Under the pieces are notes generated by a model. The model was not told where the DNA came from. It worked only from the letters and a program-made list of their open reading frames with translations, and made no database searches. The translations under genes were made by a program, and so were the position numbers. Of a stretch of 64,000 nucleotides of DNA, positions 1-12,100 are shown piece after piece. Where the stretch lies: positions 47,182,001 to 47,246,000 of the forward strand of contig OX597824.1 in the NCBI GenBank assembly GCA_951406725.2. The letters run 5' to 3'. Each line of letters starts with the position of its first letter. The first letter of the stretch is position 1. The DNA comes from Octopus vulgaris. Taxonomy: Eukaryota.

Positions 1-372
1 TGATACACCAAACATTCCAGCTATTTTGATTACACTAGCACCTGCCATACAAGCACCAACAATTTGACCCCTTTGAAAGTCTTATAGATCTGTCATTTTA
101 ATTGATTTTTTAATTACCTTTTACTGATGATATCTGAAAAGAAACAGCAATTTTAGCAAAACATATTAAGCAACACTAATAATAAATCAAAAAATATAAA
201 AATAAACAAGTTTTTGATGGTTTTATAGATATTTCAAAATTATGATGCTATAATGACAGGTGTTTCCATTATTTTGTCCAACCCTTGTATGTATATACCT
301 ATACATATATATATACCTATACATATATACATATGTTTGATGTTTCTATGTATGTAATGTTATTTTGCCCAG

Positions 373-467
373 ATCCTGTGAATATACTGCTAATCGGTTC
401 TGCTGATTTACGACATGTTTTCAAAACAGTTACCTGTTCAAACAAACAGCTAAATAGAAAACTGCAT
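373..467 (+). CDS. DNAAF3: Dynein axonemal assembly factor 3, first exon in window (5' exon(s) outside)
   Basis: cag|AT CCT...CTG CAT|gtaagt; (D)PVNILLIGSADLRHVFKTV...RKLH matches the LLxGxxDxRH motif of the DNAAF3 N-terminal region. Confidence 0.9.
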
Positions 468-1158
468 GTAAGTTCTTATTTCATCCCGTTATTTTATAAT
501 CATTACAATCTTCAGGAAAACATACTTTCTTGATCTTTTGCAAAAGAAAAGGTTGTAATATTTTGAGAGAGAAAAACAATACTCTAAGTGTCTCTCTTGC
601 ATATCACATTTTAATCAATTTGTATAGAAAAGAAGTTTAAGAGGTTTGCTATTTTGAAAATTAAACAAAAGAGAGGGAGAGACATCTAATTTAACACTCC
701 TATGTTAAATATGTTTATTCTATACACTAACAAGAGATTTTATTTAATATAATTATTCTTTGTCCATGAATTCATGTGACAGATGTAAAACATATTGGTT
801 CATGAGGAAATATTACTTTGTTTAGAAACAGGGGAGGGTAAGCAACAGGAAGAGCATTAATCTGTAGAAAATTTGTCGCAATGATTTCCATCTAACCCAT
901 ACAAGTATGGAAAAGAAAAGTTGATGTTAAAATGATGATGATAGTGATGTTGATGGTAGTAGAAGTAATGGTATTTGATTGGCTTCTTTCAATCTCTGTC
1001 TACCTAAACCACACAGAAGGTCTTGGTCAGCCCGAGGCTAGAGTAAAAGACATTTGCTTGAGGTGCCACACAGTGAGACTGAACTTAGAACCATATTGTT
1101 AGGAAATAAACTTGACCGCATAGCCATACCAGTAAATATCTTCTATCATAATATAGAC

Positions 1159-1422
1159 TAGTGGTTCTCATCCATTTTTTGCCTATGGACCCTTTGATTT
1201 CTATTTTACTCTACTGGACCTCCATAGCCATTCAATGTGTATTAAAATACATCATGCTGTATTTTTATAATTAAATTATTATAATATTATTAGGAATTAT
1301 ATGAAAAAATACTATATTTTGTGTATTGCAGAAGTATAAGCAATTTATTGTACATAAATTTTAACAGCAAAATCTTATATGGATCCCCAAGGGTCATATG
1401 AACCCCCAGTTGAGAACCACTG
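1159..1422. mobile_element. hAT/Charlie-type MITE
   Basis: TIRs TAGTGGTTCTCA / TGAGAACCACTG; degenerate 8-bp TSD ATATAGAC/AGACAGAG. Confidence 0.75.
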
Positions 1423-1582
1423 AGACAGAGTAGTAACATTATCATATCAGAGCTAGAGTTCAACAAGTTATTAGGGAGGCAACAAATCTACACCAAATCA
1501 GAGATGCCTAACTCTCAATAATTCAGTCTATCAAGGTACCGTTTTGAACAGTTGCTTATTCACGCAACATGTTCAGACACAA

Positions 1583-2150
1583 TCATCATCATTATCATCA
1601 TCATCATCATTTAACGTCCTTTGTCCATACTGGCATAGGTTGGACAGTTTGACCAGGGCTGGTGAGCTGGAAGGCTGCACCAAACTCCAGTCTGATTTGG
1701 CATGGTTTTCTACACCTGGATATCTTTCCTAACATCAACCACTCCAAGAGTGTAATGGGTGCTTTTATGCGCCACCGGCATGGATGCCATTTGCATGACA
1801 CCGGTATCTGCCATGGCTGCGATAGGTCTTAATAGGTCTTCTTCTCAAGCATGACATAATGTCAAAGGTCTCAGTCATTGCCTCTGTGAGGCCCAACACT
1901 CAAAAGGAACTCAGCCACTTTCTTCTGTGAGGCCCAATGCTTGAAAGGAACTTGGCCATGTTGCCTTTGTGAAACCCAGCGCTCGAAAGGAACTCAGCCA
2001 CTTTTGCCTCCATAAGGCCCAATGCTTGAAAAGAACTTAGCCACTTTACCTCTGTGAGGCCCAATACTCCAACAGTGCTCTTTACGTTCCACCAGCATGG
2101 GTACTAGTTACATGACTATAATTTCATTTGGCTTAACAGGTCTTCTCAAT
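1583..2150 (-). mobile_element. RTE 3'-end fragment with five ~41-bp repeats
   Basis: (CAT)n-TTTAACGTCC...CCATACTGGCATAGGTTGGAC end shared with the RTE copies; GCCTCTGTGAGGCCCAAC...GGAACTCAGCCACTT repeated at 1880-2070. Confidence 0.85.
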
Positions 2151-2532
2151 AATCCTTTCTACTATAAGCACAAGGCCTGAAATTTTGGGTGAGGGGTTAA
2201 GTCAATTACATCAACCCTGGTACTTAATTTATCGATCCCGAAACAATGAAAGGCAAAGTCGACCTCAGAGGAATTTTAACTCAAATCATAAAGACAGACA
2301 AAATGTCGCTAAATATCTCCCAGTAATGCCAGATTTTTATGCATAAGTTACTAATTTACCATGGTGAAGATATTAATTGGTTATTTTTTGTTAATTGTAA
2401 TAGTGAAAATCTACTTCCACTGATTTTGTTCTGTTACATCTTAACATAAACAAATGTTGGGTCTTTACAAACATTTTACTTTGAATTGACTAAAAATTTA
2501 ATTCTGTTTTGTTTCTATTTTTTTAATTCTAG

Positions 2533-2626
2533 TTTTACATTCTGGAAAGCCGTCTTGAAATCTATGCCAGGCATTTATTACTCTTGGCAATTGCATTACA
2601 GTCACCCAAACTGCTTGGACTTCAAG
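2533..2626 (+). CDS. DNAAF3: DNAAF3 exon
   Basis: tag|FYILESRLEIYARHLLLLAIALQSPKLLGLQ|gtatct; phase consistent with neighbours. Confidence 0.92.
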
Positions 2627-3101
2627 GTATCTTAGCCTAATATATTATTATTTCTCTTTTTCTAAGTTTAATTTTTTTATGAAAATATCTATGTTAATAT
2701 TGATTTCAAATTTTGATACAAGGATAAGTCGATTACATCAATCCCAGTGTTCAACTTATACTCATTTTATGGATCCAAAAGGATGAAGTCGACCTCAGTA
2801 GAATTTGAATTCAGAATGTAAAACAGACGAAGTGCCACTAAGCTAATAATTCTACTAGCTTGTTGCCTTATAGCTTTGTTAGTATTAAATGAAACTGAAA
2901 ACTAATGTTTTAAGAAGTTTATAAGGGTCAATACTTAGTTTTCATTCTAATGTTTAGTTGTTTAGTGATAAGTTTCCACTGGAGAGGATACTAGTTTATT
3001 TCAGATAACATTTTCAGAAATTCCTGAAAGCTAGGTGAACTGAGGTAATATAAAATCATTTGCTCTTCTGAGTCAAAATGAAACAATTGCAGTAGATTTA
3101 A

Positions 3102-3320
3102 GCCTTTACCATTTAAACCAGCCATATCTGGCCAAATATTCTACTTGTTTTATGTTCAAACTGGCCAGATCTGGCCTCTCATACCTACCTTAAAATGTCA
3201 TTCTAAATATATACAAACACATCACCAAAATCTCAAAGCTGCAATATAATACATTATTAACTCAAAACAATGTAGATAAATAAGCGTTACATTTGACAGA
3301 ATAATCTGAATACTAAAGGG
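3102..3320. mobile_element. piggyBac-type MITE (copy 1)
   Basis: TTAA flanks; GCCTTTA...TAAAGGG ends; homologous to 15221-15438. Confidence 0.8.
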
Positions 3321-5013
3321 TTAAAGTTAAGACTAACAAGTTGGTGTTCTCATTTTTTAAAGCAGAGATAACAGAGTTGTCTTCCTTTAAAGTAAAACAA
3401 GTAGAACTCTCTACTTGAAATTATTTTTCCTTTCAATATTTCATGTTAATATAAATTTGCATGGGGAATAAATGAAGCCTAATCAGTTGAGATGTTGACA
3501 CCACTCACTCATACGTTTTTGGAATCCTGGCTTTCAAAAAAATTTCGCTTTTACTCAAAGAGTCTAGACTGTAAATAACAGACATTATTAACAAGGATAC
3601 AGCTTGGCAGTGCTAGTAATAAGGAATAGGTAAAGTTAGATAAATTTATCTCCAGGTCCTCACTCTATAAAGAGGTGGATGAGTGAAGAGAAAAGACATA
3701 TCCAGTACACTGCATAAAGTGTGAGGTTGTGAGGACATGGCACCTCTATAGTGCTGATTGTATGAAAAATGCATCCAGTCCACTCTGTAAAGTTATTGGT
3801 GTTAGGAAGGGCAACCGATCATAGACCCAACCAGAATAAAATAAATGTAAACTAGGTGAGGTCCACAACTATCTAGGTGAGCAGTCCCATCCAGCCCATA
3901 CGAGTATGGACAGTAAATTTAAACCGATGACGGTGGTGGTGGTGGTGGTGGTGATGGTAACAGTGGCAGTGGCATTGTGGTTGCAACAATGATGGTGATG
4001 ACAATGCTAATAATTCTCTACTATAGAACACATCAGTCCTGTGCACTGGCTTTTTTTTAATGGCTTTTCTAGCATGCTAGCTGAGAAGAGGTTGCTAGCC
4101 CCTATTTCAACCTTATTTGATTTCTTGGAGGGAAGGAACTCTCTGCATATTCCTTTACAATTCTTCCACAGTGCAGCATGGTGGATTCTGTGAAAGGGAG
4201 GGGGTGGAGAGAGAGAAAGAGGAATCAACTCCAGTTTTTTGCTGGCACTTTATTTATTGGCCAAAGAAATATTGGTTTCAAATTTTGGCACAAGACCAGC
4301 AGGTTTGGGGGAGGGGCTAGTCAATTATATCAACCCCATTGTTCAACTGGTACTTTTTTTATCAACCTCTGAAATGATCAACCTTGGCAAAATTTGAACT
4401 CAAAATGTAAAGACAGACGAAATGCCGCTAATCATTTTGCCCAACATGCTAATTGTTCTGCCAAGTCACTGCCTTTGACCAAGGAAATCAAATTCTGGAC
4501 ACAAAGAATACAAACAATAACTGAGAAGTATTTGTCCAACACTAACAAATCCTCCAATAAACTTCCTTAAAATGGCTCTATGGCCAGCATAGGCATGGTT
4601 AGCTCAGTTGATTAGAGCATTCATGGGTTCCAGTATGTAACTCCCAAAGAGCTGAAAGGTAAATTTTTGATGTTGGTAAAATTTCAACTTAAAAACACGT
4701 GAGGTGGTGTACCAGCATGGCCATAGCCACGTGGCTGAGACCAGTAAAAGTGTCAAATGAATCAATAATAATATAATAATGATAATGAAATTATTGTGTA
4801 TAGTGCTTAGATACAACTTATCAAAGGTGCATATACAGTACATAGAATTATGTACAAAAGTCAGGAGAGTGAACAATGTATGAGTCATAATATACATGTG
4901 TACATGCATAAGGAGGGGGATATCAGGTGTAAAATCATAAAGTATATGTACATCCTGTGACACTATAATATTTTTTATATCATGCCATATATTATTGTAT
5001 CACATCTTTCCAG

Positions 5014-5107
5014 ATAAAGTGGAGCTGTACCTGGAGTTATATGGAAATACTTTAATTCGAAAACAATCAGTCACATATTTACAAAAAATATGCAATGAAT
5101 TCATCAG
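5014..5107 (+). CDS. DNAAF3: DNAAF3 exon
   Basis: cag|(D)KVELYLELYGNTLIRKQSVTYLQKICNEFI(R)|gtgata; conserved LElyGNxLxR. Confidence 0.92.
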
Positions 5108-5885
5108 GTGATAAAAATAAATTTCAAAAACACTTTCAAATTTTCTTTATTTGTCATTTTTTTCCCTAGATATTTCTAAGAATTTCCTTATTTATAATTT
5201 TTACCAAATCATTTGCTTTAGACTTTACATTTCCTATTATAGCTTCCATTCATCTGTTTTATGTCCATTTTCAACAATTGTGCCACAGCACACTTATGTG
5301 CCATATATGATCTTTAGGTATGTTGTGAGCACCATGATATTTAGAAAACCTGGTTGTTTTTTATGCACCACACCACTGCATGTGTATCTCTTTACTGTAA
5401 AGTGCAAAGCATGCAACTATTTTTTAAATAAAACTTTTAAATGGTTGCTGGTGTACTATAATTCTTTAGCATCTTATTTGATGTACTATGAGTGGGAAAA
5501 TGCTGAAAATTATTGCATTAAAGGCTCTTGAGCATAATACCATCTAATTAAATGAGAAATAGATTTGATCTCATGAACTGTTAATCTTGTACTTTGTCTA
5601 CTTAGCCATTTCTCTTTGTGTTTTGATGGGGTTTTTTTGTATTAATTTGTGATCTGTTTAAATTCTTGAGATTAATCTGAGAAGGCAAAGTGGATGTTGG
5701 ATAACAACCATTTTAGGTTCTCCTATACTGAGAAACAAAGATTGCTTGGTGAAGTTTTGATATTTAATGCTTAATCCTGTGAATTTGTGATTGGAAAAAA
5801 AATAACTTAGAGCAAGGAAGTTGTAGGATTCTTTTATGTGTGATATTTGCATTGGTTGGGTGCCTCACACATTTCCCTGCAATGT

Positions 5886-6271
5886 TGTAGAAAGGAAAAA
5901 TAGCAGGAACACAAATCTCCGAACAAATAACAATAATAGTTTATTTTCACCGAAATAAACATTTCATCTCTGGACATCGGTAACGTGAACGCCAGGGGTA
6001 GGAAGCAGCAGAGTTGGTTTAAATCACAACTGTTGAAAACATTCTCCGCGGCCCGCCAAGTCTGGTTTCCCTCCACTCAGAGCTTTGTCTGGTCACATCT
6101 GTGTTCGTCAACATCTGAAAGCTAAGAGACCGAATAGCGGTAAAACCTAATTGCTGCTGATTATTGTGCATGCGCATAAGGGACTTCCGGTAGGCCTACC
6201 AGAAGACACTAATCATTGCACATGCACCGATGAACATCCCAAAATGGCGTCTAAAACCTGGCGTCACTACA
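5886..6271 (-). mobile_element. Probable solo LTR
   Basis: TGTAG...CTACA termini; flanks ATGT/AAGT (4-bp TSD with 1 mismatch); CpG-rich; minus-strand AATAAA near 5940; same TCACTACA end as the 29-32 kb element. Confidence 0.65.
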
Positions 6272-6386
6272 AAGTAATTTCAGAGATGCACATTTCTTGG
6301 GAGGGAAAGTGTTTATTTCAACCCTTGTAATTATGAGACTCCTTTTATGTTTTGAACTTTTATTCTTTTTTTTCTTTCTTTTTCAG

Positions 6387-6450
6387 GATGATAACTGACT
6401 TTGATTATTTGAAAGAGAAATTACCTATTGTTGACATATCAAGGTTAAAG
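6387..6450 (+). CDS. DNAAF3: DNAAF3 exon
   Basis: strong pyrimidine tract, cag|MITDFDYLKEKLPIVDISRLK|gtaata. Confidence 0.9.
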
Positions 6451-7464
6451 GTAATAAATTTTACCATAGTTTCATCTATATAACAGTTTGGTAGTGAGAA
6501 AGAGACAGACAGACAAAAACAATGTACACCTAGACTAACTGTCTAACAGTATTGAAATTGGTGTCTCTGTATTCAGTTTTATTTGATTTGACATTGCCTT
6601 GTACTTTCTTGGAGTCAATACAATAAAATAAGTAACCAGGTTTCTAATTGATCATTCTCCTTTCTGAATAAATGCACTACTGCTTTGTACCAATGTGCAA
6701 AAAAACAATTTATATTTGAGTTCAAATCATCCTCATAACTAGCAAAATTTTATGAAATGACACATATTTCTGTGAATCCAAAGTTAATTGCAACCTTTAG
6801 GGAAGTGTAGCATAAGAAATATAGAGTTTGTGAAATTACTGTATTTGAGAAGGAAGAACTATAATATATTAAGTTTTGTGGGGAGTACTAATAAAAAATT
6901 AAGATTAGATCACTTGATGTTATTATTTGAATTGATACAAGTTAGTGTTTGGAGGAAAACGACAGGAACTCAACATTGTGTTGTCATTGGAGCTAACGGA
7001 TCAAAAAGATAACTGTTGGAATTTCTGAAATTCCCAACCACATGGTTCCATGGTACCTTCAGCAAGTGTCTTCTACTATAACCTTTGGGTGACCAAAGCC
7101 TTGTGAGTGTATTTGGCAGACAGAAACTGAAAGAAATCCATTGTGTGTGTGTGTGTGTGTGTGTTTATGTTTGTATTTGTCCACCACCGCCATTTGACAG
7201 CTGGTGTTGGTTTGTTTACATCCACATAACTTAGCGGTTCAGCAGCAAAAAGAGACCAATAGAATAAATATCTGACTTAGAAAAAAATAAGTACTGGGGT
7301 TGATTCATTTGACTAAAAGTTCTTCAGGGGTGGTGCCCCAGCATGGCTAATGACTGAAACAGATAGAAGATATTAGACCATTGTTTGTTGTTTTTGTTTG
7401 AAATTTTTTTCTTTTATTTTTATAAAGATAACTATAATTTACCTGTATTTATTTGACATAGTAG

Positions 7465-7547
7465 TTCAAAGAAAGAGACTACCTTGAAGGGATTCTAAAA
7501 TTCTGGCGAAACCCAGATAAAAATTTGTTTGATATTAGCATGTGTTG
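7465..7547 (+). CDS. DNAAF3: DNAAF3 exon
   Basis: tagtag|FKERDYLEGILKFWRNPDKNLFDISMC(W)|gtaagt; LK-FKERDxLE motif spans the junction. Confidence 0.92.
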
Positions 7548-8079
7548 GTAAGTTTATTTCTTGTTATTTGACCTTTAAATCACATTAATTTTCACTTTCC
7601 ATTATCTTCATTCCTGTTTGCACAAAGATATCAGCAACTAAATTATTTAAAATATTGAATCATATCATCATCGCCATCATCATCATTTAACGTCCGCTTT
7701 CCATGCTAGCATGGGTTGGACAATTTGACTGAGGGCTGGCGAACCAGATGGCTGCACCAGGCTTCAATCTTTGGCTAGTATACTAAGTATTGAACTATCA
7801 ACTAATATTTAATGAATTCGTATTGACCATTAGTGTTCTTTTTGTGTCTACAGGCAACACACCTAATTCTATAATCTGCTGTTAATGTTAGCTTTGATAA
7901 GATTTCCATACAGGAGGAAAATTATCTTTCATGTCTTTAATAGGTGATTGGATGCATGGTTGAGAATTTTGCTTCCCAACCACATGATATCACTGCATGG
8001 CACCTTGGGCAAATGACTCCAATGCTGCAATCCAACCAAAGCCTTATGAGCAGATTTGGTAGACAGAAACTGAAAGAAG

Positions 8080-8309
8080 GCAGTAAGCTGGCAGAATCGT
8101 TAGCAAGCCGGGCAAAATGCTTAGCAGTATTTCGTCTGCCATTACATTCTGAGTTCAAATTCCGCTGAGGTCGACTTTGCCTTTCGTCCTTTTGGGGTTG
8201 ATAAATTAAGTATCAGTTATGCACTGGGGTCGATGTAATCGACTTAATCCCTTCGTCTGTCCTTGTTTGTCCCCTCTGAGTTTAGCCCCTTGTAGGCAAT
8301 AAAGAAATA
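8080..8309 (+). mobile_element. tRNA-derived SINE family A nested inside a family-B SINE
   Basis: A-box-like GCTGGCAGAATCGTTAGC, B-box GAGTTCAAATTCC, core GTCGACTTTGCCTTTC..GATAAATTAAGTA; 15-bp TSD AGAAA(C/T)TGAAAGAAG at 8065-8079 and 8310-8324; other copies near 2150-2330(-), 2700-2870(-), 4270-4475(-), 21855-22165(+), 47495-47700(-). Confidence 0.88.
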
Positions 8310-8569
8310 AGAAATTGAAAGAAGCCCATTGTGTGTGTGTGTGTGTGTGTGTATGTGGAGGTGCATGGCTTAATGGTTAGGGTGTTGAATATTTATGATC
8401 ATAAGATTGTGTTTTAAATTCTTGGACCAGGTGATGCATTACTTTAGTCCACTCAGCAGGAAAAAAATTAGTAATCCTACAACAAACCAGTGTCTTGTCC
8501 AGTGACGGAAATATATATGCCATATATATATAAGGCAGCGAGCTGGCAGAATCGTTAGCATACCAGGCA

Positions 8570-8841
8570 GACGGTTTAGAATACAAACAGACCATCACTC
8601 GTTGCTAATGATTTATGAATCCAAGAAAAGAATCCCAGTACATACAGCAAACAGTTTGCAGCGATGGGGCACCATACTACTAAACTACAACTATGCTATG
8701 GAATATTTGCCTTTGAAAAAGCTGACGGCCTATCCAGGTTAATACCCAGAAATGGTGAACCATTCAAGGACACAGTAATAGCAGCTCTAAGAGCCAAAGG
8801 AAAAATTAAACACATAATGCAGAACATTGTACAAATGTTAC

Positions 8842-8845
<4 letters not shown>
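8570..8845 (+). mobile_element. Ty3/Gypsy pol (RNase H region) fragment
   Basis: SKKRIPVHTANSLQRWGTILLNYNY...ADGLSRLIP...EPFKDTVIAALR read across frameshifts. Confidence 0.75.
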
Positions 8846-8882
<37 letters not shown>

Positions 8883-9144
8883 TTGAGCAAGACACTTTAT
8901 TTCACGTTGCTCCAGTTCACTCAGCTGTAGAAATGAGTTGCGACATCACAGGTGCCAAGCTGTATCGGCCCTTGCCTTTCCCTTGGACAACATCGGTGAC
9001 GTGGAGAGGGGAGGCTGGTATGCATGGGCGACTGCTGGTCTTCCATAAAACAACCTTGCCCTGACTTGTGCCTCAGAGGGTAACTCTCTAGGTGCAAACC
9101 CATGGTCAGTGTCTGACCAAAGGGGGTCACCTCACCATATTTAT

Positions 9145-12100
9145 ATCATCATCATCATTATCATCATCATTTAGCGTCCGTTTTCCATGCTAGCATGGGT
9201 TGGACGGTTTAACTGGGGTCTGTGAAGCCGGAAGGCTTCATCAGGCCCAGTCAGATTTGGCAGTGTTTCTACAGCTGGATGCCCTTCCTAACCGCAACCA
9301 CTCCTCGAGTGTAGTGGGTGTTTTTTACGTGCCACCTGCACAGGTGCCAGACAGAGCTGGCACAACGGCCACGAACGGATGGTGCTTTTACGTGTCACCG
9401 GCACGGGGCCAGCTGAGGCTGGCAACGAACACGAGCGGATGGTGCTTTTACGTGCTACCGACACGGGGCCAGACAGAGCTGGCAAACGGCCACGAACGGA
9501 TGGTGCTTTTACGTGTCACCGGCACGGGGGCCAGCCGAGGCTGGCAACGAACACGAGTGGATGGTGCTTTTACGTGCCACCGACACGGGGCCAGACAGAG
9601 CTGGAAAACGGCCACGAACGGACGGTGCTTTTACGTGTCACCGGCACGGGGGCCAGCCGAGGCTGGCAACAAACACGAGCGGATGGTGCTTTTACGTGCC
9701 ACCGACACGGGGCCAGACTGAGCTGGCAAACGGCCACAAACGGACGGTGCTTTTACGTGTCACCGGCACGGGGGCCAGCCGAGGCTGGCAACGAACACGA
9801 GTGGATGGTGCTTTTACTTGCCACCGACACGGGGCCAGACAGAGCTGGCAAACGGCCACGAACGGACGGTGCTTTTACGTGTCACCGGCACGGGGGCCAG
9901 CCGAGGCTGGCAATGAACACGAGTGGATGGTGCTTTTACGTGCCACCGACACGGGGCCAGACAGAGCTGGCAAACGGCCACGAACGGACAGTGCTTTTAC
10001 GTGTCACCGGCACGGAGGCCAGCCGAGGCTGGTAACGAATACGAGCGGATGGTGCTTTTACGTGCCACCGACACGGGGCCAGACAGAGCTGGCAAACGGC
10101 CACGAACGGACGGTGCTTTTACGTGTCACCGGCACGGGGGCCAGCCGAGGCTGGCAACGAACAAGTACGGATGGTGCTTTTACGTGCCACCGACACGGGG
10201 GCCAGACAGAGCTGGCAAACGGCCACGAGCGAATGGTGCTTTTACGTATCACCGACACAGGTGCCAGACGAGGCTGGCAGTGGACACGGATATATGATTT
10301 GATTTTGATTGTTCTCAATGGTCTTGCCAGGTCTTCTCACGCACAGCATACTTCCACAGGTCTCGGTCTCTGGTCATTTCCTTGGTGAGACCTAGAGTTC
10401 GAAGGTCGTGCTTCACCACCTCGACCCAGGTTTTCCTGGGTCTACCTCTTCCACAGGTCCCCTCAACTGCCAGGGTGTGGCACTTTTCCACACACCTATC
10501 TTCGTCCATTCTCGCCACATGACCATACCAGCGCAATCGTCTCTCTTGCACACAACATCTGATGCCTCTTAGGTCCAACTTTTCTCTCAAGGTACTTACA
10601 CTCTGTCGACTATGAACACTGACATTACACATCCAACGGAGCATACTAGCTTCATTTCTTGTGAGCTTACGTAAATCCTCAGCAGTCACAGCCCAAGTTT
10701 CACTACCATGTAGCATGGCTGTACGTACACATGCATCATACAGTCTGCCTTTTACTTTGAGCGAGAGGCCTTTTGTCACCAGTAGGGGTAAGAGCTCTCT
10801 AAACTTTGCCCAGGCTATTCTTACTCTAGCAGTTATACTTTCAGCACACCCGCCCCCACTACTGACTTGGTCACCTAGGTAGCGGAAGCTATCAACTACT
10901 TCTAGTTTTTCTCCCTGAAACGTGATAGAAGTTGGTCTCTGCATATTTTCAGAGTTTATTGCTCCTGAGCATCTGCCACAGATAAAAACTATTTTCCTAG
11001 TTAGTCTTCCTTTGACATTACTACATCTCTTATGTGTCCATAGCTTACATTTGGTGCATCTTATAGAGTTTCTACCTACGCCTTTTCTACAGATCAAGCA
11101 AGGCCATCGACCTGAAGGCGTTTGTGATTGGTCTACCTTCCTACTTATTAGGACTTTGGTTTTGGCTAGGTTGATTCTAAGGCCCTTCGATTCTAAACCT
11201 TGCTTCCACACCTGAAACTTCTCCTCCAGTTCTGATAGAGACTCAGCAATTAGAGCAAGGTCATCAGCATAGAGGAGCTCCCAGGGGCATCCAGTCTTGA
11301 ATTCCTCCGTTATTGCCTGGAGGACTATGATAAATAGGAGGGGGCTGAGGACTGAACCTTGGTGGACCCCAACCTCTACCCTGAATTCTTCACTGTACTC
11401 GTTGCCAACCCTCACCTTACTAGCAGCGTCTCTGTACATGGCTTGTACAGCTCTCACTAACCATTCATCTATCCCTAGTTTCCTCATTGACCACCAGATA
11501 AGGGATCGGGGGACCCTGTTGAAGGCTTTCTCCATATCGACAAAAGCCAGGTATAGGGGTTTATCTTTGGCTAGGTATTTCTCCTGCAGCTGTCTTACCA
11601 GGAAAATAGCATCAGTAGTACTTTTCCCTGGCATGAACCCAAACTGCATCTGATCTAAGCTAACTCTCTCTCTCTAATTTGTTGGGCTATATCCCTCTCC
11701 GTTACCTTCATTACCTGATCTAGCAGCTTGATACCCCTGTAGTTATTTGTATCTAGGGCGTCACCTTTACCTTTGTAGCAGTTAACTATTATGCTGCTAC
11801 ACCAGTCATTGGGAATGACTCCTTCGTGTATCACCTGGTTAACTATACGGGTGACTAGGCTATAGCCAGCACTACCAGATATTTTGAGCATCTCTGCTGG
11901 GCCTGGGGCTTTCCCTGTTTTCATGCTTCTAATTGCCTTATCTACTAAGGAACTGTCAACTCGGATTGCTGGTCCCTCTGTTGGGTCAACATTCGGCAGA
12001 CTCTCTTTATCCCATTCATTTTCCTCATTCAGCAACCTTTCATAGTGGCGTCTCCAAACCTCTCTCTTTGCATCCTCATTTAGCGCAAGTGAGCCGTCAT

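Noticed and set aside
1880-2070. 41-bp unit resembling tandem hammerheads (CTGTGAG...CTCGAAA...TC)
   Set aside because: Lacks the essential A of CUGANGA, stems I and III barely pair, and it lies antisense to the LINE.
8080-8170. tRNA gene
   Set aside because: A and B boxes belong to a SINE head; no cloverleaf, and the sequence continues into the SINE core.
9317-10290. CRISPR-like array and long overlapping ORFs (173-291 aa)
   Set aside because: The would-be spacers are themselves repeated, there are no cas genes and the context is a eukaryotic LINE 3' UTR. The ORFs arise from a stop-poor GC-rich 121-bp unit.
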